Origin: a virus
Lineage: Duplodnaviria > Caudoviricetes
Length of the DNA stretch: 64,000 bases
Virus record (IMG/VR): IMGVR_UViG_3300028886_000037
Span: 32,001 to 96,000 of that record
Strand: one strand, 5' to 3'
Below are positions 60,901 through 64,000 of this stretch, one piece after another; within the stretch, counting starts at the first letter, position 1, and the number at the start of each line of letters is the position of its first letter. The position numbers and the translations under genes are program-made. The notes below the pieces were generated by a model. That model made no database searches. It saw nothing but the letters and a program-made list of their open reading frames with translations, and was not told where the DNA came from.

Positions 60901-62793
60901 TTATCGTGTTTGATAGTCAAGCACGCCAGAGCATGGACAGAACGTCGTCTCGCAGAAGTAGATGCGCTTGTTGACCCAGAACAGATCCACTCTCACGAAC
61001 TGGAACAGCTTAGCGATCGCTTCGACTACAGGTCTCATCGCAGCGACTGCTTCCTTCTGCTCGATGTTCAATCCCTTCTGGAGAGGCCAACTTCCCAAGC
61101 ACCAGTCTAGATCTTTTCCTTCGATGTCTGTGAACGCGATGTGCTCGATGATCACTTTGCTCGCTTTTCTCTGGATCTCTACGGCTACGATGTTGCCGTT
61201 CTCGCAGTAGAACTGATAGTCTGTCGGCTTGACGTCTCTCGGGAACAGGGACGGCTGAACTAGAATAGCTGGAGTGATCGTCTCGTACTGCCACTCGTAG
61301 CCAGCGATGTAAGCGTAGTTAGTGTCGAGCCATCCTCGTATCTTTTTCGCGAGGAAGTCGTAATTGATACCCTCAGTAGCGTTGAATCTGATGTTGTACC
61401 CTGATGCGTGATTGCACTTGAGAATGCAGTCATTCACTCGGCACAGCTCAAGAGCTTCCCTGATGTCGGAATCTGACGGCTTGTATCTCTCGTACAAGAG
61501 CGGAATTCTGATGTCTTCGAGACCGAGATCGTATAGTTCCTTGTACACGGCGCACTTGTCAGCCCAGAGGACTTTCTTTGGATTCGAGTCATAGAGCTTG
61601 TACAGGTTGATGCGGTCTGCGATGTTCAGGTCTTCGTAGTGACCTGGCTTGTCGATCTTGATGCTCGGCGCATTCTCTTGGATCCACTTGATAGCCAACG
61701 ACACTTTCTCTCTGTGCGTCGTAGCGAAACGGAAGTCTTCATAGCCGATCTTTCGATCCATTTTGTAGTCTCTAGCGTGATTCAGCTCGAGCTTGAACTG
61801 CGACTTGCGGATTGTCGTCGCATTCTCTCTGAACGGACTCCATACTGGATGGAACTGATCTTTGCCGTAGTCTTCGTGCTTCCACTCGCAGTAGCGCAGG
61901 AACTCGTCTTTCATGTCGAAGTCGAAGAAGTCGTATCCGCCATAGAAGCAGTTCTCTTCAAGCTTAGGAGAGTACCAGGGAGTCAGGCAAGCGCATGATC
62001 CACGCTTGATCTTCTCGTCCCAGTCCCATTGAGACTTGATGTGGTAGTGATAGAGACGGACGTTGCTCTGGAAGTCTATCGTTCCGAACGACGTGTTGCC
62101 CATGTCGAACGTGAGGACTTCGATAGGATGATGTCTCTTCTCCTTGTTTATCCAAGCCGTGAACATAGCAGCGTTTCTCTCGCCGTTTACGAATGGAACA
62201 TGTCCAGCTTCGTCAACGCCTGGCTGGATCTTCCACTCATACTCGTTGTACTCGGAGAACTTCACGATGCACTTGACCGTAGACTCTGTGTCGTTCCGGT
62301 GCTCTGTGTGAGTCAGAGCGAGAGGGCAGGACGGGTTTCGATCTACGAGAACGTCGTGGGTAGACATGTTGATGTGTGGAATGACTAGCGTGTCATAGTT
62401 CGTCTGCGGCTGTGCGTTCTCGTCGAGATACTCGCCGAAAGCTTTGTGTAGAACGATCTTGTAGTCGAGCTCGTTCTTCTCGTCGTTCGGATCGCGAAGA
62501 TAGAAGTACTCGTCATCGTCAAAGAAGGCTACGGCTTCATTCTCTTTGAAGATCTTGCCGTAAGCGCCGTTCATCAGGTCGGCATACAGCTTTCTCTGAT
62601 TCGGAAATCCGTTGAGACGGATATAGTGATAGTCGCCGAGAATCTCGTCTGCGATCTTCTTGACGTCGACGATAGAGTCGTTGTCGACGATGGTGAATCT
62701 TGCGCCGACAAAGCGGTTGTGATGATATTGGAGCCAGTATCTGATGTCTGGCTCGTCGTAAGCTTTAGTCAACAAGACAAAGTTAAGGTCCAT
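60901..62793 (-). CDS. Fusion protein: GT2/GT92-like glycosyltransferase plus TupA-like ATP-grasp
   Basis: N-terminal WLQYH..IVDNDS..FFDDDEY..VKCIV..LYHYHIKS; C-terminal ADKCAV, LKCNHASG, DYQFYC, FVRVDLF, FCETTFCPCSG. Confidence 0.75.
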   Translation of the reverse strand: MDLNFVLLTKAYDEPDIRYWLQYHHNRFVGARFTIVDNDSIVDVKKIADEILGDYHYIRLNGFPNQRKLYADLMNGAYGKIFKENEAVAFFDDDEYFYLRDPNDEKNELDYKIVLHKAFGEYLDENAQPQTNYDTLVIPHINMSTHDVLVDRNPSCPLALTHTEHRNDTESTVKCIVKFSEYNEYEWKIQPGVDEAGHVPFVNGERNAAMFTAWINKEKRHHPIEVLTFDMGNTSFGTIDFQSNVRLYHYHIKSQWDWDEKIKRGSCACLTPWYSPKLEENCFYGGYDFFDFDMKDEFLRYCEWKHEDYGKDQFHPVWSPFRENATTIRKSQFKLELNHARDYKMDRKIGYEDFRFATTHREKVSLAIKWIQENAPSIKIDKPGHYEDLNIADRINLYKLYDSNPKKVLWADKCAVYKELYDLGLEDIRIPLLYERYKPSDSDIREALELCRVNDCILKCNHASGYNIRFNATEGINYDFLAKKIRGWLDTNYAYIAGYEWQYETITPAILVQPSLFPRDVKPTDYQFYCENGNIVAVEIQRKASKVIIEHIAFTDIEGKDLDWCLGSWPLQKGLNIEQKEAVAAMRPVVEAIAKLFQFVRVDLFWVNKRIYFCETTFCPCSGVLDYQTR

Positions 62794-62840
62794 GTTAAAA
62801 CCTCTTTTAAGTTCAATCTAGAATGAAATATAGAATAAAA

Positions 62841-63068
62841 TCAGAACGATGTTCTGTCAACCCAGGAACTTTTCATGAATTCCATAAAGGGCTTAGAGTG
62901 CTCTACGCCGTCCTTAGTGGTGAACTTCACTTCCGTGGAGCTGAAAGAAGTGATAGTCACCTTCTTTGGACAGCAAGCTTTCTCGCTAGCTGTGTAGCAG
63001 TGTAGTCCCTCGTGAAGAGAGAATCCGTAACGTTTGAATGCGCCTTCGCAGATCGGACAGACCATCAT
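62841..63068 (-). CDS. Small hypothetical protein (CPIC motif)
   Basis: Likely start MMVCPIC at 63068, overlapping the upstream stop; SD GGAGG. Confidence 0.45.
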   Translation of the reverse strand: MMVCPICEGAFKRYGFSLHEGLHCYTASEKACCPKKVTITSFSSTEVKFTTKDGVEHSKPFMEFMKSSWVDRTSF

Positions 63069-63625
63069 CCCTCCAGAATCTTGTCGAGCTCGTCGTTGAC
63101 TCGGATCACAGTAGCTCTCTTGGACAGAGACTCTGTGTTTCCAAGAGCGTTCTGGATTCGATAGCTCGCGTCCATCGAGCGGACCCATGTCATCTTAGAC
63201 AGACGGTTCATATAGGGTCTGAGCCACTTTCTGAGCTGGCCGATGAACAAGTCAAGGTTAGAGATGCAGTCGTTCTCTTCGGCTGTCTTCGGCTCACGGA
63301 GAAGCTTTCCGTCTTTGTCGATCAGTCCGAGCTTGTAAGCCTTAGTCGTAGTGGGAACGGTGAGAAGGTTCTTCAAGAAGATGTACACGAGAATGTTGTC
63401 CACGCTGCGTGAGTGCGTAGACATCGAGATCTTCTTGTTAGCTGCTTTGAGCGACTTCATAGTCGACTGCGCTTCGTTGATGATATTGTCACTTTCCAGC
63501 GCCGCTACGGCCATTTTGCCGTTACGCTGTAGTTTCTCAAGGAAGTGCTTGTTATCACCCGCAGAAGCGGCTTCTATGCGCTCAAAACACTTGTTTAGAA
63601 CTTCAATCACTTGAGCATTCTCCAA
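63065..63625 (-). CDS. Conserved T4-like phage hypothetical protein
   Basis: FLKNLLT.P..TKAYKLGLIDKDGKLLR motif, recalled from T4-like genomes. Confidence 0.5.
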   Translation of the reverse strand: MENAQVIEVLNKCFERIEAASAGDNKHFLEKLQRNGKMAVAALESDNIINEAQSTMKSLKAANKKISMSTHSRSVDNILVYIFLKNLLTVPTTTKAYKLGLIDKDGKLLREPKTAEENDCISNLDLFIGQLRKWLRPYMNRLSKMTWVRSMDASYRIQNALGNTESLSKRATVIRVNDELDKILEG

Positions 63626-63804
63626 ACTGGCTTACTTCCGTACTTTCTGAGCTGATCTTTCACAGCGTCTCGAACGTCGCTGTCAAGCTCGTCCCAGAAG
63701 ACTTTGTCTGAGTACTTTCCACGCTCAAGAGCTACCTTGTACAAGTCCTTGTGGGCCTGTACGAAGGGTTGATTCTCTAGCTCTTCTAACGTTATCTCGC
63801 TCAT
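63607..63804 (-). CDS. Small hypothetical protein
   Basis: Coupled ORF. Confidence 0.45.
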   Translation of the reverse strand: MSEITLEELENQPFVQAHKDLYKVALERGKYSDKVFWDELDSDVRDAVKDQLRKYGSKPVWRMLK

Positions 63805-64000
63805 TACTTCTTCTTTCTCTTCTTCGGTGCAGGCATCTGGATAGGCGTCTGCGTCTCTGACTCAACAATCGGAGCATCGAGATCGGTGTCTGATACGAAG
63901 TTCTCAGCTGTGGGCTCTTCGATAGTCGGAGGAACGATCAAGCTCACGTCGGTGTTTCCAGCGCCAGCGAGCATCACGTCTGCGATGTCGAAGTTGCTCG
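63804..64000 (-). CDS. 3' end of a CDS entering from beyond the window
   Basis: ...SNFDIADVMLAG...QMPAPKKRKKK*, with TAA overlapping the next ATG. Confidence 0.5.
   Translation of the reverse strand, partial: SNFDIADVMLAGAGNTDVSLIVPPTIEEPTAENFVSDTDLDAPIVESETQTPIQMPAPKKRKKK

Noticed and set aside
1-64000. Stop-codon reassignment, as seen in some large gut phages
   Set aside because: Core genes are full length in the standard code, and TAG, TGA and TAA all end genes at sensible positions.
1-64000. CRISPR array, tRNA or rRNA genes
   Set aside because: No repeat-spacer periodicity or cloverleaf was seen, and intergenic gaps are short and mostly explained. A tRNAscan-SE run would be needed to be sure.

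Overview
This window is a 64-kb segment of a large T4-like (myovirus) phage genome, densely coding in the standard genetic code and mostly on the minus strand. Its host is probably an anaerobe, since it carries a class III RNR; that is an inference. Gene order is strongly shuffled relative to T4. Recognisable genes: major capsid gp23, scaffold gp22, neck gp13/gp14, tail terminator gp15, tail tube gp19, baseplate gp5/gp6/gp26-like, gp2, a small terminase, a stand-alone terminase ATPase domain, gp46/gp47, UvsY, a gp55-like late sigma factor, IF-1, NrdD plus glutaredoxin, a GyrA/ParC-like subunit, a MoxR AAA/vWA pair, three glycosyltransferase-type genes (one fused to a TupA-like ATP-grasp), an AEP primase-like gene and a transposase-less TnpB element. 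Two promoter classes can be read directly: early GTTTAC-N18-TATATT (5 copies) and late (T/G/C/A)ATAAATA (many). The most notable unexplained structure is: (1) the TnpB unit, with a late promoter, a three-hairpin leader whose loops can kiss (GGACTGG/CCAGTCC), and a guide plus TAM that rebuild the empty gp14/late-promoter junction; (2) a terminator after the MoxR gene whose 26-nt loop is antisense to the shared CAAGGACC ribosome-binding leaders of the early genes; (3) several late genes with an invariant 4-nt promoter-to-ATG gap (probably leaderless) in a phage encoding IF-1; (4) Ser-Ala/Ser-Gly enrichment in virion proteins alongside the glycosyltransferases; (5) a large family of proteins with T4-type capsid-targeting N-termini. 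All protein calls come from motif recognition by eye; no database searches were run.
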